Of a DNA stretch of 64,000 nt, positions 44,967 to 64,000 are shown one piece after another; the stretch's first letter is position 1, and every line of letters starts with the position of its first letter. The notes beneath the pieces were generated by a model. It saw only the letters and a program-made list of their open reading frames with translations, had not been told where the DNA came from and searched no databases. The position numbers were made by a program, and so were the translations under genes. The DNA comes from Macrostomum lignano (lineage: Eukaryota), in NCBI GenBank assembly GCA_002269645.1, contig NIVC01000884.1:248001-312000 (forward strand), read 5' to 3'.

Positions 44967-45415
44967 AATCAATCAATAATCAATCAATCAATCAATCAGT
45001 CAGTCAGTCAGTCAGTCAGTCAGTCAGTCAGTCAATCAGTCAGTCAGTCAGTCAGTCAGTCAATCAGTCAGTCAGTCAGTCAATCAATCAATCAGTCAGT
45101 CAGTCAGTCAGTCAGTCAGTCAGTCAATCAATCAATCAATCAATCCGTCAGTCAGTCAGTCAGTCAGTCAATCAGTCAGTCAGTCAGTCAGTCAGTCAAT
45201 CAATCAATCAATCAGTCAGTCAGTCAGTCAGTCAGTCAATCAATCAATCAGTCAGTCAGTCAGTCAATCAATCAGTCAGTCAGTCAGTCAATCAATCAAT
45301 CAATCAATCAGTCAGTCAGTCAGTCAGTCAGTCAGTCAATCAGTCAGTCAGTCAGTCAGTCAGTCAGTCAATCAATCAGTCAGTCAGTCAGTCAGTCAGT
45401 CAGTCAATCAATCAT
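44967..45415. repeat. (TCAG/TCAA)n microsatellite
   Basis: Visible tetranucleotide repeat. Confidence 0.97.
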
Positions 45416-45712
45416 TCAATTGATCAATCATTCAGTTGAAATTAATCAATTTTCGGTCAGGCACCTAATGTAATATTTATTCAAACTTAATATAGTTACA
45501 TCGTTCGAAACGAAAGTACTTTCCAGCACGATAAATTACCTGCAAGTTGGCGAGTAGTCTATGGCCAAAATCGATAGCACTTTTAGCAATTTAAAAATGA
45601 TTTATTTGAAATTGACTTGCATGGTCTTCAACAGAGCCAGTCGACGCTTCTCTGAAGTGAAGTTCGCTATTAATTGGAAGGTCGATAGTTTGCTGATTTT
45701 CCATCGATCGAC

Positions 45713-51044
<5,332 letters not shown>

Positions 51045-51102
51045 GCGGAAGCCCTGCTCAGACATTCAGTTGGTTAGTTTTTTATTTGTTTAACAAGCTG
51101 CA

Positions 51103-51241
51103 AATTTAAATTGGTGCCAAAGTCCAGCCCAAATGGACTTCAATAGAAATAGATAGTCAGAGCCGAGAGTGGTCCCTAAACGTAAACTTTAAACCCGACA
51201 GTGTAAAACTTTTTCAAAATATTTTGGCGCCAATTTAAATT
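51103..51241. mobile_element. Short element bounded by a 19-bp inverted repeat (MITE-like)
   Basis: AATTTAAATTGGTGCCAAA (51103-51121) pairs with TTTGGCGCCAATTTAAATT (51223-51241) at 18 of 19 positions. Confidence 0.4.
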
Positions 51242-51868
51242 CGCTAAGCAGAAAAACACGCATTTTTAACAAAACTGAGCAGTCTGTCGCAGTAAATTTT
51301 TTTCTGAGATTAGCCACCAGCCCAGACAGGTTGAGAACGGAGGGCAAACCTTTTTTATTTAGGTCTGCTCATTTATTCTTAATTTTTACTTGTAAAATAT
51401 CCATAAAAATAGCATATAACATAACAATTTTTATTATTTGTAATACCCTTCAATTTGCACGATAATGTACAGCGGATGCGACGCAATGGCTACCCTGTAA
51501 TACTCGCATTTATGAAGTATTTGTATGCAACGATGCAACTGTACGTTATTATAGTCGTTGGTAAAACAGCCGCACTTTTATTTGTTAAATATATTGTAAG
51601 TTTTTATTTAAAGATAAAGAGGTGTGCAGTTGGCTAATTGCGGTGTACGTGTCTTGGGTAATGATTTGTTTCTTTAAAAAATGATTGAAAACATCTTTTG
51701 AAGTTTGAGCACGCTAGAACATCATGTTTTCCAGCCGAAGGGTTTCTTTCCTTGAGAATAAGTCGTTCTGTCTGATGCCCTACCAGGTGCAACTAATTAC
51801 GGTACTTAGCTGTCCCGAATCTAACTGGGTTGTCCCTGTCGCTGACAAACTTGCTCGAATCGGCTCTT

Positions 51869-52577
<709 letters not shown>

Positions 52578-53610
52578 TTCTCCTGGTATTTGGATGTATT
52601 TATTTGTTTGTTTGTTTATATTTCGTTAGTAAAACAAATCTGCGTCTGAAATGCGTTTAAAATTTAAGACCAGTCACAAATTAACTGGTGAATGCTTGGA
52701 ATTTTATCTGATCAGTAAAGACATTGCCGTCCGTACATTATTTAATCACAAAAGCCGAGTTCCTTCCATCCATGGCAATATATCGCAGAGGTCCTTGAGT
52801 CTGTCTAACTGAACTGGACGACTAGCTAGATTTATGCTGCGGAACTCGCAGAGCTTTTAGCCCCCTGCTGACTGCTATTGAGTGAAGCGACCCGCCTCAG
52901 GCGGACCTCTCGGAAGTATTGGTACACAGGATCAGTTCGAGAACGGCTTGTCCAGGGGATAGAGAGAAGAAAGGCAAGGAGGCCTGCCGCAAAAGGGGGG
53001 ATATCCTTCAAGTTCGACTGTCGCAGGGAGGCTCAAAGCCTGCATTGCGTGGCTCCTGAGGGCTGCCCGCCCCCGCCCTCGTCTTGATCGGGCCACAATT
53101 TTGTTGAGTGCATCTCGAACGCTCGGCAACCAGATCTTCTCTTGAGCGTCGGGGCAAAGAAGCATCGAGTGAAACGGTAGGAGGGACAGCGGAGAGACGG
53201 ACAGAGAGAGGCTGCAGGAGATTGAAGAGAAGAGATGAAGCTTATATAGAATAAACTATCCTTAGGGATGTAGATGCGGAGTTCTGAAAGATATTCGCCA
53301 ATATATAAATCCATGAGGGGTGGAGGACAAATTGAATTAACTCCAAAGTGGCTTTAGCGTTGAATTCGACGCTGAGTCGGCTTTATACGAGTTCAAATAT
53401 CCCGGCCGTCTGTCCTGTCTGCGTCAATCTTCTTGCTATTATTTCTTTATTGTAGTAAATACAATTAATTAGAACAAATTATTCGGTTTTACCATTACGT
53501 TACACTGTCAGTGAAAATCGACTGTCGGTTTAGATAGAGAATTTGAAGTGCGATCTTCAAATTGAAAGTACACGTAATTCATTTACGAGGTAGAAATTAG
53601 TGACCCCCCA

Positions 53611-54150
53611 CGTGCCGTATACATGATAGAAGATGACCTTGAATCACGCATGCACCCCCTGCGTGCCGTATACATGATAGAGGATGACCTTAAATCACGC
53701 ATGCACCCCTTGCGTGCCGTATACATGATAGAGGATGACCTTGAATCGCGCACGCACCCCTTGCGTGCCATACATGATAGAGGATGACCTTAAATCACGC
53801 ATGCACCCCTTGCGTGCCGTATACATGAAAGAGGATGACCTTAAATCACGCATGCACCCCTTGCGTGCCGTATACATGAAAGAGGATGACCTTAAATCAC
53901 GCATGCACCCCTTGCGTGCCGTATACATGAAAGAGGATGACCTTAAATCACGCATGCACCCCTTGCGTGCCATATACATGATAGAGGATGACCTTAAATC
54001 ACGCATGCACTTCTTGCGTGCCATACATGATAGAGGATGACCTTGAATCATGCATGCACCCCTTGCGTGCCATATACATGATAGAGGATGACCTTGAATC
54101 ACGCACGCACCCCTTGCGTGTCGTATACATGATAGAGGATGACCTTGAAT
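53611..54150. repeat. 51-bp minisatellite, about 10.5 copies
   Basis: CGTGCCGTAT at 53611 and 53662 gives a 51-bp period. Confidence 0.95.
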
Positions 54151-55808
54151 CAAGCATCTCTTGTGCGACCATGATCCTACATGATGTAACAAAGACTTGA
54201 TACAACCCTTCATCTGGTACGTAATGTGCTTTAAAACCTCAAAATTTGCAAGCTTGTATCACGCACCAATGGCGTGCTCGTCTTTCCAGAAACTGTTGCA
54301 CGTGCCTGAAGGACCCATAGCCATATCCAATTTTAGGAACACATTAAACCACACAGACAGAGAATTCGCGCTAAAAGAGCCAGCACGACTTTGTTTCACT
54401 TTTGCTTTACTGTTAAAAGTATTTCTCAGTACAGTAAAGCAAAAACCTGAGTGGCTCACTGCATGAAGCTCATCAACAAGCTTTATAAATTCTTGCAGCC
54501 CGGTTGTTCTGAGGAGTTAAAAACCTGACCAATAATGGACTTTATGGAGTTCCAGCAGCAGCTCAGGCTCAAAACCTCGCTGTACCGTATGCACAGCTTA
54601 AGTGGCCCCCTGAATCTAAAGCAAGTGACGACTTGAAGCCTCCAGCAAACTCCTGCAACCATATTCTCCCCTGTGGATCTGGGAAGTTTTTCAGACTAAT
54701 CACCCTCTCTCTCTCTCTCCGTCACTTCATTAGGATTTCCTCCTCCCCCGACCAAAATCCGCAGTCGCTTGGGGACGTCGTCTGCAGCGCCTCATCAGTT
54801 AAACAATAGCACCGACTTAGGGCCACTCACAGGCCAATTGCCTCGCCGTCGCGTATCCGGGGGCTGGTGGCTCCCTGCTCAATCCCCACAAAAGCTGAAG
54901 CCAAACCACCAGGACCTCAGAAAAAACTCTCTTTCTCTTTACTGAACCCCAACCCCCAAACCTCAGAAACCGCTTTGCAGTGTGATGGCGCGTCATCAAC
55001 TATAGCTTAACTTTACAACGTATTATCTGTACACTGTAGCGCCCGGCACGACCGGCCATTACAATTTTCTATAAAAAAAACACCCGCTCCGGGCGGCAGT
55101 TGGAGAGGCCGCAGCGCCAGAAAGCAGCCAGCAAAGTCAATTGGACTCTAAAATAGTCCGCGGCCAATGGTTTGGACTCGGGAGTGCTTGGCCAGGGGCT
55201 GAGTGGGAAAGAGAAAGATGAAGATTGAAAGGGGGCCGGTGTGTGTGTGTGTGTGTGTTAGGTTGGATCTTGGGTAGGCGACTCAACGTGACTGAGCTCA
55301 GATTCCCAGCGGACCAGACCCCCGTCTGCCCCCCCCCTCCGCAGCTCTCAGCCCAGCTCACGCAAACAACCCCCCCCCCAACGCCAGCCCCCGACCCCCT
55401 CAATGCAGTCGATTCAGTCAGATAGGGGAAAAACTGCTCCTTCAGTTCTCCCTGTCCCCATCCTCCCCATCCCCTTCATCTCCCCCCTCTCTCTCTCTTA
55501 CCCCCCAGTCCCCCTTATCAAGAGTCTGGCCCCCGCCGCCCGCCACCCCTTAAAACTGGCCAAAGCCCCCGTGCCGCACCTCCTAAACTGCGAGCGGTCC
55601 GGTCAGCCAACCACCCCCTCACCCCCGCCACCACGGTGAAGCCGCAATGAGACCAGGACGCGTCGATTCCTTGATCTAAACAGTTTGCGCTGTCGCCGCT
55701 CTCTCACCTATGTCTCTGGTCCCTTGGTGTAAGTCATTGGAGATAAACTGAGAGCATGCCGCAACGCCCGGCAGCAAGCAGCATCTGCCAATAATAAATC
55801 AGTGTTGA

Positions 55809-56551
55809 ATGTCTGTCAGGCAGCCGCGGCAGAAGCAGCAGCCGCAGCAGCCGCCGCCGCCGCCGCTGTCACAACCGCTGCAGCCTCATCAGCTGCTGTT
55901 GCAGCAAGAGGACTCAAACGATTCCGGTTTAAGCTCCGAGGCCTCGGCCTATTCGCGTGACGTGTTGGAGGGCAATCCGAACCATCAGTATCAGCAGCAG
56001 CACCAGAAGCCGCAGCACTTCTTCCAGCAGCAGCAACTGTTGCAGCAAAGGGCCGTGCATTTCGGTCCGCCCAGCTCCGCCCGTCCGCGGCTGCAGCAGC
56101 AGCGACGGTTGCCAAGAACGCCGTCAGCGGACACGCAGCTGAGCAGTCACTCGCTGCAGAGAGGGCAGCAAGCCATCAACTCAACCAGCAGCTGGAATCA
56201 GCCTCAGCGTCAGGAGTACAGTTCAGATTCCGAGCTGCATCAGAGCTACTCAACCAGGCGCGCCGGCGGCAGCGGCGGAGGCTACGCGTCAGCCGATGAG
56301 GGCACCGACTTTTACCATAGACAGCAGCAGCTGCACGCGCCGCCGCCGCTGCCGACAAACGCGCTGCATTCGCAGCGGCAGAGATTCGCCTCGGGCAGCT
56401 TTGAGTTGGACCACAGACTGGCCAGATTGGCAATTTGCGGCGATGCAGCCGTTGATTACGCGGCCGGATTCGCTGGTTACCAAGGCAACGGACCGCTGGC
56501 GGCTGGGCCGCCCGCCAGCGACTATCGCTATTATTTTCCGTACAGTGCGAC

Positions 56552-56598
<47 letters not shown>

Positions 56599-56678
56599 GA
56601 GACAGGCGGCTCGCCACCGCTGCCGGAAATCTGCAGTTTGCGGCTGTGTACGGCAATTCTGGTGAGCTGCTTGACTGA
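55809..56678 (+). CDS. Gln/Ser/Pro-rich low-complexity protein; probable first coding exon (donor after 56661) or a single-exon ORF
   Basis: 289-aa GC-rich ORF whose codon style matches the neighbouring exons. An AG lies 7 nt before the ATG, there is a strong TG|GTGAGC donor after 56661, and the upstream region is CpG-rich. No recognisable domain, and downstream exons could not be established. Confidence 0.55.
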
Positions 56679-56689
56679 TGAGTTCTATG

Positions 56690-57815
56690 GGGTTTGAGAT
56701 GGTGAGATTCCAGATGATGAGATTCCAGATGATGAGATTCCAGATGGTGGGATTCCAGATGGTGAGATTCCAGATGATGAGATTCCAGATGGTGAGATTC
56801 CAGATGATGAGATTCCAGATGGTGAGATTCCAGATGATGAGATTCCAGATGGTGAAATTCAAAATAGTGAGATTCCAGACGGTGAGGTTCTGGATGGTGG
56901 GATTCCAGATGGTGAGATTCCAGATAGTTGGGTTCTGGATGTTGAGATTCCAGATGGTGAGATTTCAGATGATAAGATTCCAGATGGTGAGATTCCAGAT
57001 GGTGAGATCTCAGATGATGAGATTCCAGATGGTGAGATCTCAGATGATGAGATTCCAGATGGTGAGATTCCAGATGTTAAGATTCCAGATGGTAAGATTC
57101 CAGATGGTGAGATTCCAGATGGTGAGATTCCAGATGGTGAGATTCTAAATAGTGAGATTCCAGACGGTGGGGTTCTGGATGGTGAGATTCGAGATGGTGA
57201 GGTTCGAGATGGTGAGATTCCAGATGGTGAGATTCCAGATGGTGAGATTCCAGATGGTGAGATTCTAAATAGTGAGATTCCAGATGGTGGGGTTCTGGAT
57301 GGTGAGATTCGAGATGGTGAGGTTCGAGATGGTGAGATTCGAGATGGTGAGGTTCGAGATGGTGAGATTCCAGATGGTGAGATTCCAGATGGTGAGATCT
57401 CAGATGGTGAGATTCCAGATAGTGGGATTCCAGATTTTGAGATTTCATATGGTAAGATTCCAGGTGGTGAGAGTCCAGGTGGTGAGATTCCAGATGGTGA
57501 GATTCCAGATGGTGAGATCTCAGATGGTGAGATTCCAGATGGTGAGATCTCAGATGGTGAGATTCCAGATAGTGGGATTCCAGATTTTGAGATTTCATAT
57601 GGTAAGATTCCAGGTGGTGAGAGTCCAGGTGGTGAGATTCCAGATGGTGAGATTCCAGATGGTGAGATCTCAGATGGTGAGATTCCAGATAGTGGGATTC
57701 TAATTAGTGAGATTCCAGATGGTGGGGTTCTGGATGGTGAGATTCGAGATGGTGAGATTCGAGATGGTGAGATTCCAGATGGTGAGATTCCAGATGATGA
57801 GATTCCAGATGGTGA
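56690..57815. repeat. 15-bp minisatellite (GATGGTGAGATTCCA)n
   Basis: About 75 visible units. Confidence 0.97.
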
Positions 57816-58639
57816 GAATTTATATAGTTTTACGCAACACGCGATCAAACTAGCCCTGGTTCCCTGAGCCGTAGACTTTAGTGCACCTAAAAAGTACCCT
57901 TGCAATTTAGGCTACGCAGAGACACGGTCCGATAAACTTCACGTCAGAAGCGAACAAAAAACTCTGTTGCCCTCCGCCTCCCCCCCCCAACTAAAAAAAT
58001 CGACTCAAAACAGCCGAGCGAGCGGGGGGAGCTGCTGATGGGGTGCAATTTTCAGCATCGATGCTCCCCCACCCGCAACCCTCGTGCCGCTAGACATCTA
58101 ATCGAGCGGAAAATGATTCGAAGACTTAGCTGCCCCATCTCCCTAGCTGTAGGGAGATGGGGCATAGGGGTTGGATAGGCAGTCATAAAGCTTTGCATGT
58201 TTTATGCCTTTGTCGGCCGGCTCCCGCGGGCAAATTTGACTCTGTCTGCTCTCTGCTGATGCTGGCTGGACACAGCGAGGTAGAGACGCGGGCGGAAGGG
58301 CAGCCTGCATGCTTTTTTGACGAGAAAGAGTTGAAAAATAAACACAGAAAACTGGCGCCGACTCTCCGGCTGTCAGCGGGCGCAACTACTAACTGTCACA
58401 AATCCGACTGTTGAGCGAGTGTTGAGTGCCGCTACGAAGCTTCTGCGCTCCATCACTGCGTGCCGGGCAATATCAAACTCGCTCTCATTCTTGCAGTTTC
58501 CAGTAGCTATCATCAGTGATGGCTTTGGATGGCTTTCGAGTTGCTGCTCTGGAGTTTCTGGGATAAGGGGGAGGGAGGGGCTCACCGAGCTAATCCAAGG
58601 ATATAAATCCCCACTGTCTCTTGCTTGGACTCTCATCAA

Positions 58640-59455
58640 CTCTTCTCTTCTCTCTTCCTCTCGCCCTGTCTCCCCTCTCTCTCCCTCTCTCCCTCTCTCT
58701 CCCTCTCTGTCCCTCTCTCTCCTTCTCTGTCCCTTTCTCTCTCCCTCTCTCTACCCATCTCTTTTTCTCCTCTACTCCCTCCGCTCTCTTTCTCTCTCTC
58801 CCTCTCTCCCTCTCTCTCCCTCTCTCTCCCTCTCTCTCGCTCTCTCTCCCTCTCTCTCCCTCTCTCTCCCACTCTCCCTCTCTCTACCCATCTCTTTCTC
58901 TCCTCCTTTCCCTCCGCTCTCTTTCTCTCTCTCCCTCTCTCCCTCTCTCTCCCTCTCCCTCTCTCTCGCTCTCTCCCTCTCTCTCCCTCTCTCTCCCACT
59001 CTCCCTCTCTCTACCCATCTCTTTCTCTCCTCCTTTCCCTCCGCTCTCTCTCCCTCTCTATCCCTCTCTGTCCCTCTCTCTCCCTCTCTCTCCCTCTCTC
59101 TCCTTCTCTGTCCCTCTCTCTCCCTCTCTCTCCCTCTCTCCCTCTCTCTCCCTCTCTCCTCCCCTCTCTCTCCCTCTCTCCCCCTCTCTCTCCCACTCTC
59201 TCCCTCTCTCTCCCTCTCTCTCCTCTCTCCTCCCCCTCTCTCTCCCTCTCTCCCCCTCTCTCTCCCACTCTCTCCCTCTCTCTCCCTCTCTCTCCCTCTC
59301 TCCTCCCCCTCTCTCTCCCTCTCTCCCCCTCTCTCTCCCACTCTCTCCCTCTCTTTCCCTCTCTCTCCCTCTCTCCTCCCCCTCTCTCCATCTCTCCCCC
59401 CTCTCTCTCCCTCTCTCCCCCCTCTCTCTCCCCTTCTCTCCCTCTCTCCATTCCC
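58640..59455. repeat. Polypyrimidine (TC/TCC)n low-complexity tract
   Basis: About 800 bp, almost all C and T on the + strand. Confidence 0.97.
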
Positions 59456-59949
59456 TCTAATCAATCTCTGCCTTCCGCGTCTCCCCTCTTTCCCCTCGCT
59501 CTTCCTGTTTCTTTTCTCCTTTTCTCGCTTCTAATGGCTAGCTCTCCTTTCGCAGCGCACTACTGAAATTTTGCACCTTTCTTGCCTATCTTACAAGACG
59601 ACGAAATCCCGCTTCAGATTTTCATCTCACGGTCACAGTTTAGCAAAAACTGCAGGGTGCAGAAATTGAAGGCTCAACCGATGACAGAGCAGACAAGAGA
59701 TTTGAGTAAAGCGAGTTCAGACTTGGGCAAATAATGTGATCGTATATCTTTCGATACTTCGTAAGAGTTTCCGAAAAACGAGCGTAGCAATATAGCAGAC
59801 AGACTTTATTGTGCAAATATTGAAGGCGGCAGCCAAGTATTTGCCTACTGCATATGAGCTTGAATGGCCTCTACTGAGCCTTGTTGCACTGACAGGGTAC
59901 GAGAGGGACTCGGAGGTATTCCTGAATGAGTAATATGTACTGTTGCGCG

Positions 59950-60328
<379 letters not shown>

Positions 60329-60423
60329 TAATTTCTGTCATGTTCTAGTTTCTGTCAGAAATATTAGTCATTTTCTAGTTTAAGTGTGAAGTAGCTTCCA
60401 CTGCGTGTGTGGTTTGTTTTACG

Positions 60424-61108
<685 letters not shown>

Positions 61109-61688
61109 GTACTAATTGCACATTCAAGGAAATGCAAGCCTATCAACTAATCAAGACAAACCCTGTATCCAGCTCTCCAGGGTTGGCTCTCTTAGCTCAC
61201 CTTCTCCATCAGGGGTGCAGCTGCTCCTCCCCTCAGCCACCTAGAGCCGCCGCCTCTATAGCCTTTATGTGGCTCTCAGCTGAGCTGCCAGCAACGGCCC
61301 CAGCAACTTAAAAAGCAACACAACGGAGCTCTTGGCTGCGGCTGTTGTCCGTCAAACAGGGCTGATGATGAAACAGTGCGCTGCGCAGACCCCAGCATCC
61401 CAAAGCAATTCCACCAGAACAATACAAGGCTGTGGGGAGGCTGCACTTGCTCAATCTCTTGTCAAATAAATTAATTACTTCATATTGTTTCGCAGCTGCT
61501 CTGATGTCTGCAGTTCTTGGACCCGCCCAGGTTCTCTCCTCGGAGCCACAGTCACTTCCAGTTCCGACTCGAATTCTCCTGCTGAATGGATATTTTTTCA
61601 TGTACACGAATAGCAAGGTTACCTACCGCTGAATCTGCACCCTAGAGTGGAAGCCGGAATTTGTAGGCTTCATATGCGATAGACATTG

Positions 61689-64000
61689 GAGTCAGTAGAC
61701 ACAGAGAGTCAGTAGACACAGAGAGTCAGTAGACACACAGAGAGTCAGTAGACACTAGAGAGTCAGTAGACACAGAGAGTCAGTAGACACACAGAGAGTC
61801 AGTAGACACACAGAGAGTCAGTAGACACACAGAGAGTCAGTAGACACACAGAGAGTCAGTAGACACACAGAGAGTCAGTAGACACACAGAGAGTCAGTAG
61901 ACACACAGAGAGTCAGTAGACACACAGAGAGTCAGTAGACACACAGAGAGTCAGTAGACACACAGAGAGTCAGTAGACACACAGAGCGTCAGTAGACACA
62001 CAGAGAGTCAGTAGACACACAGAGAGTCAGTAGACACACAGAGAGTCAGTAGACACACAGAGAGTCAGTAGACACACAGAGCGTCAGTAGACACACAGAG
62101 AGTCAGTAGACACACAGAGCGTCAGTAGACACACAGAGAGTCAGTAGACACACAGAGAGTCAGTAGACACACAGAGAGTCAGTAGACACACAGAGAGTCA
62201 GTAGACACACAGAGAGTCAGTAGACACACAGAGAGTCAGTAGACACACAGAGAGTCAGTAGACACACAGAGAGTCAGTAGACACACAGAGAGTCAGTAGA
62301 CACACAGAGAGTCAGTAGACACACAGAGAGTCAGTAGACACACAGAGAGTCAGTAGACACACAGAGAGTCAGTAGACACACAGAGCGTCAGTAGACACAC
62401 AGAGAGTCAGTAGACACAGAGAGTCAGTAGACACAGAGAGTCAGTAGACACAGAGAGTCAGTAGACACAGAGAGTCAGTAGACACAGAGAGTCAGTAGAC
62501 ACACAGAGAGTCAGTAGACACACAGAGAGTCAGTAGACACAGAGAGTCAGTAGACACAGAGAGTCAGTAGACACAGAGAGTCAGTAGACACAGAGAGTCA
62601 GTAGACACACAGAGAGTCAGTAGACACAGAGAGTCAGTAGACACAGAGAGTCAGTAGACACAGAGAGTCAGTAGACACAGAGAGTCAGTAGACACAGAGA
62701 GTCAGTAGACACAGAGAGTCAGTAGACACAGAGAGTCAGTAGACACAGAGAGTCAGTAGACACACAGAGAGTCAGTAGACACACAGAGAGTCAGTATACA
62801 CACAGAGAGTCAGTAGACACACAGAGAGTCAGTAGACACACAGAGCGTCAGTAGACACACAGAGAGTCAGTAGACACAGAGAGTCAGTAGACACAGAGAG
62901 TCAGTAGACACAGAGAGTCAGTAGACACAGAGAGTCAGTAGACACACAGAGCGTCAGTAGACACACAGAGAGTCAGTAGACACACAGAGAGTCAGTAGAC
63001 ACACAGAGAGTCAGTAGACACACAGAGAGTCAGTAGACACAGAGAGTCAGTAGACACAGAGAGTCAGTAGACACAGAGAGTCAGTAGACACAGAGAGTCA
63101 GTAGACACAGAGAGTCAGTAGACACAGAGAGTCAGTAGACACACAGAGAGTCAGTAGACACACAGAGAGTCAGTATACACACAGAGAGTCAGTAGACACA
63201 CAGAGCGTCAGTAGACACACAGAGAGTCAGTAGACACAGAGAGTCAGTAGACACAGAGAGTCAGTAGACACAGAGAGTCAGTAGACACAGAGAGTCAGTA
63301 GACACAGAGAGTCAGTAGACACACAGAGAGTCAGTAGACACACAGAGAGTCAGTAGACACACAGAGCGTCAGTAGACACACAGAGAGTCAGTAGACACAC
63401 AGAGCGTCAGTAGACACACAGAGAGTCAGTAGACACACAGAGCGTCAGTAGACACACAGAGAGTCAGTAGACACACAGAGAGTCAGTAGACACACAGAGC
63501 GTCAGTAGACACACAGAGAGTCAGTAGACACACAGAGAGTCAGTAGACACACAGAGCGTCAGTAGACACACAGAGAGTCAGTAGACACACAGAGAGTCAG
63601 TAGACACACAGAGAGTCAGTAGACACACAGAGAGTCAGTAGACACACAGAGAGTCAGTAGACACAGAGAGTCAGTAGACACACAGAGCGTCAGTAGACAC
63701 ACAGAGAGTCAGTAGACACACAGAGAGTCAGTAGACACACAGAGAGTCAGTAGACACACAGAGAGTCAGTAGACACACAGAGAGTCAGTAGACACACAGA
63801 GAGTCAGTAGACACACAGAGAGTCAGTAGACACACAGAGAGTCAGTAGACACAGAGAGTCAGTAGACACAGAGAGTCAGTAGACACACAGAGAGTCAGTA
63901 GACACACAGAGAGTCAGTAGACACACAGAGAGTCAGTAGACACACAGAGAGTCAGTAGACACACAGAGCGTCAGTAGACACACAGAGAGTCAGTAGACAC
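61689..64000. repeat. 19/17-bp minisatellite (AGTCAGTAGACAC[AC]AGAG)n, running to the window edge
   Basis: Visible units in two length variants. Confidence 0.98.

Noticed and set aside
52878-53314. GC-richer segment with overlapping short ORFs (possible recombinase or transposon fragment)
   Set aside because: No recognisable catalytic motif and no consistent splice sites.
54197-54620. Short ORFs after the 51-bp array
   Set aside because: No domain motif, no coding-like composition and no exon chain.
58143-58639. Short ORFs on both strands and a minus-strand GTGAGC donor-like site near 58580
   Set aside because: They cannot be chained into a gene and show no homology signal.

Overview
Eukaryotic (animal) genomic DNA, not prokaryotic: GC-rich GT-AG-flanked exons sit in AT-rich DNA, and almost every intron holds its own micro- or minisatellite. 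This organisation is consistent with a Macrostomum-like flatworm, which is an inference from style only. Manual exon chaining with phase checks gives: (1) low-confidence 3' exons of a possible class C GPCR at 1296-2882 (+); (2) a 10-exon, about 1158-aa TRP channel at 6311-14632 (+), with about 8 N-terminal ankyrin repeats on a TRPM-like linker and pore module; (3) a 10-exon RPGRIP1L/MKS5-like ciliary gene at 16421-25347 (-), which lacks a contiguous start ATG and the two central C2 domains; (4) a 2-exon uncharacterised membrane protein at 38521-39690 (+); (5) a 3-exon protein with a SUMO-like domain at 45713-51044 (+); (6) a Gln-rich ORF or first exon at 55809-56678 (+). Mobile DNA comprises a head-to-tail dimer of a 4.4-kb Helitron-like non-autonomous element (27739-36574), a disabled and truncated Ty3/Gypsy (Mag-like) retrotransposon (about 40755-43822, -) and several MITE-like inverted repeats. 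Most long ORFs in the supplied track are translations of tandem repeats. No CRISPR array, rRNA or intact tRNA gene was found. All homology calls come from motif recognition by eye; no search was run.
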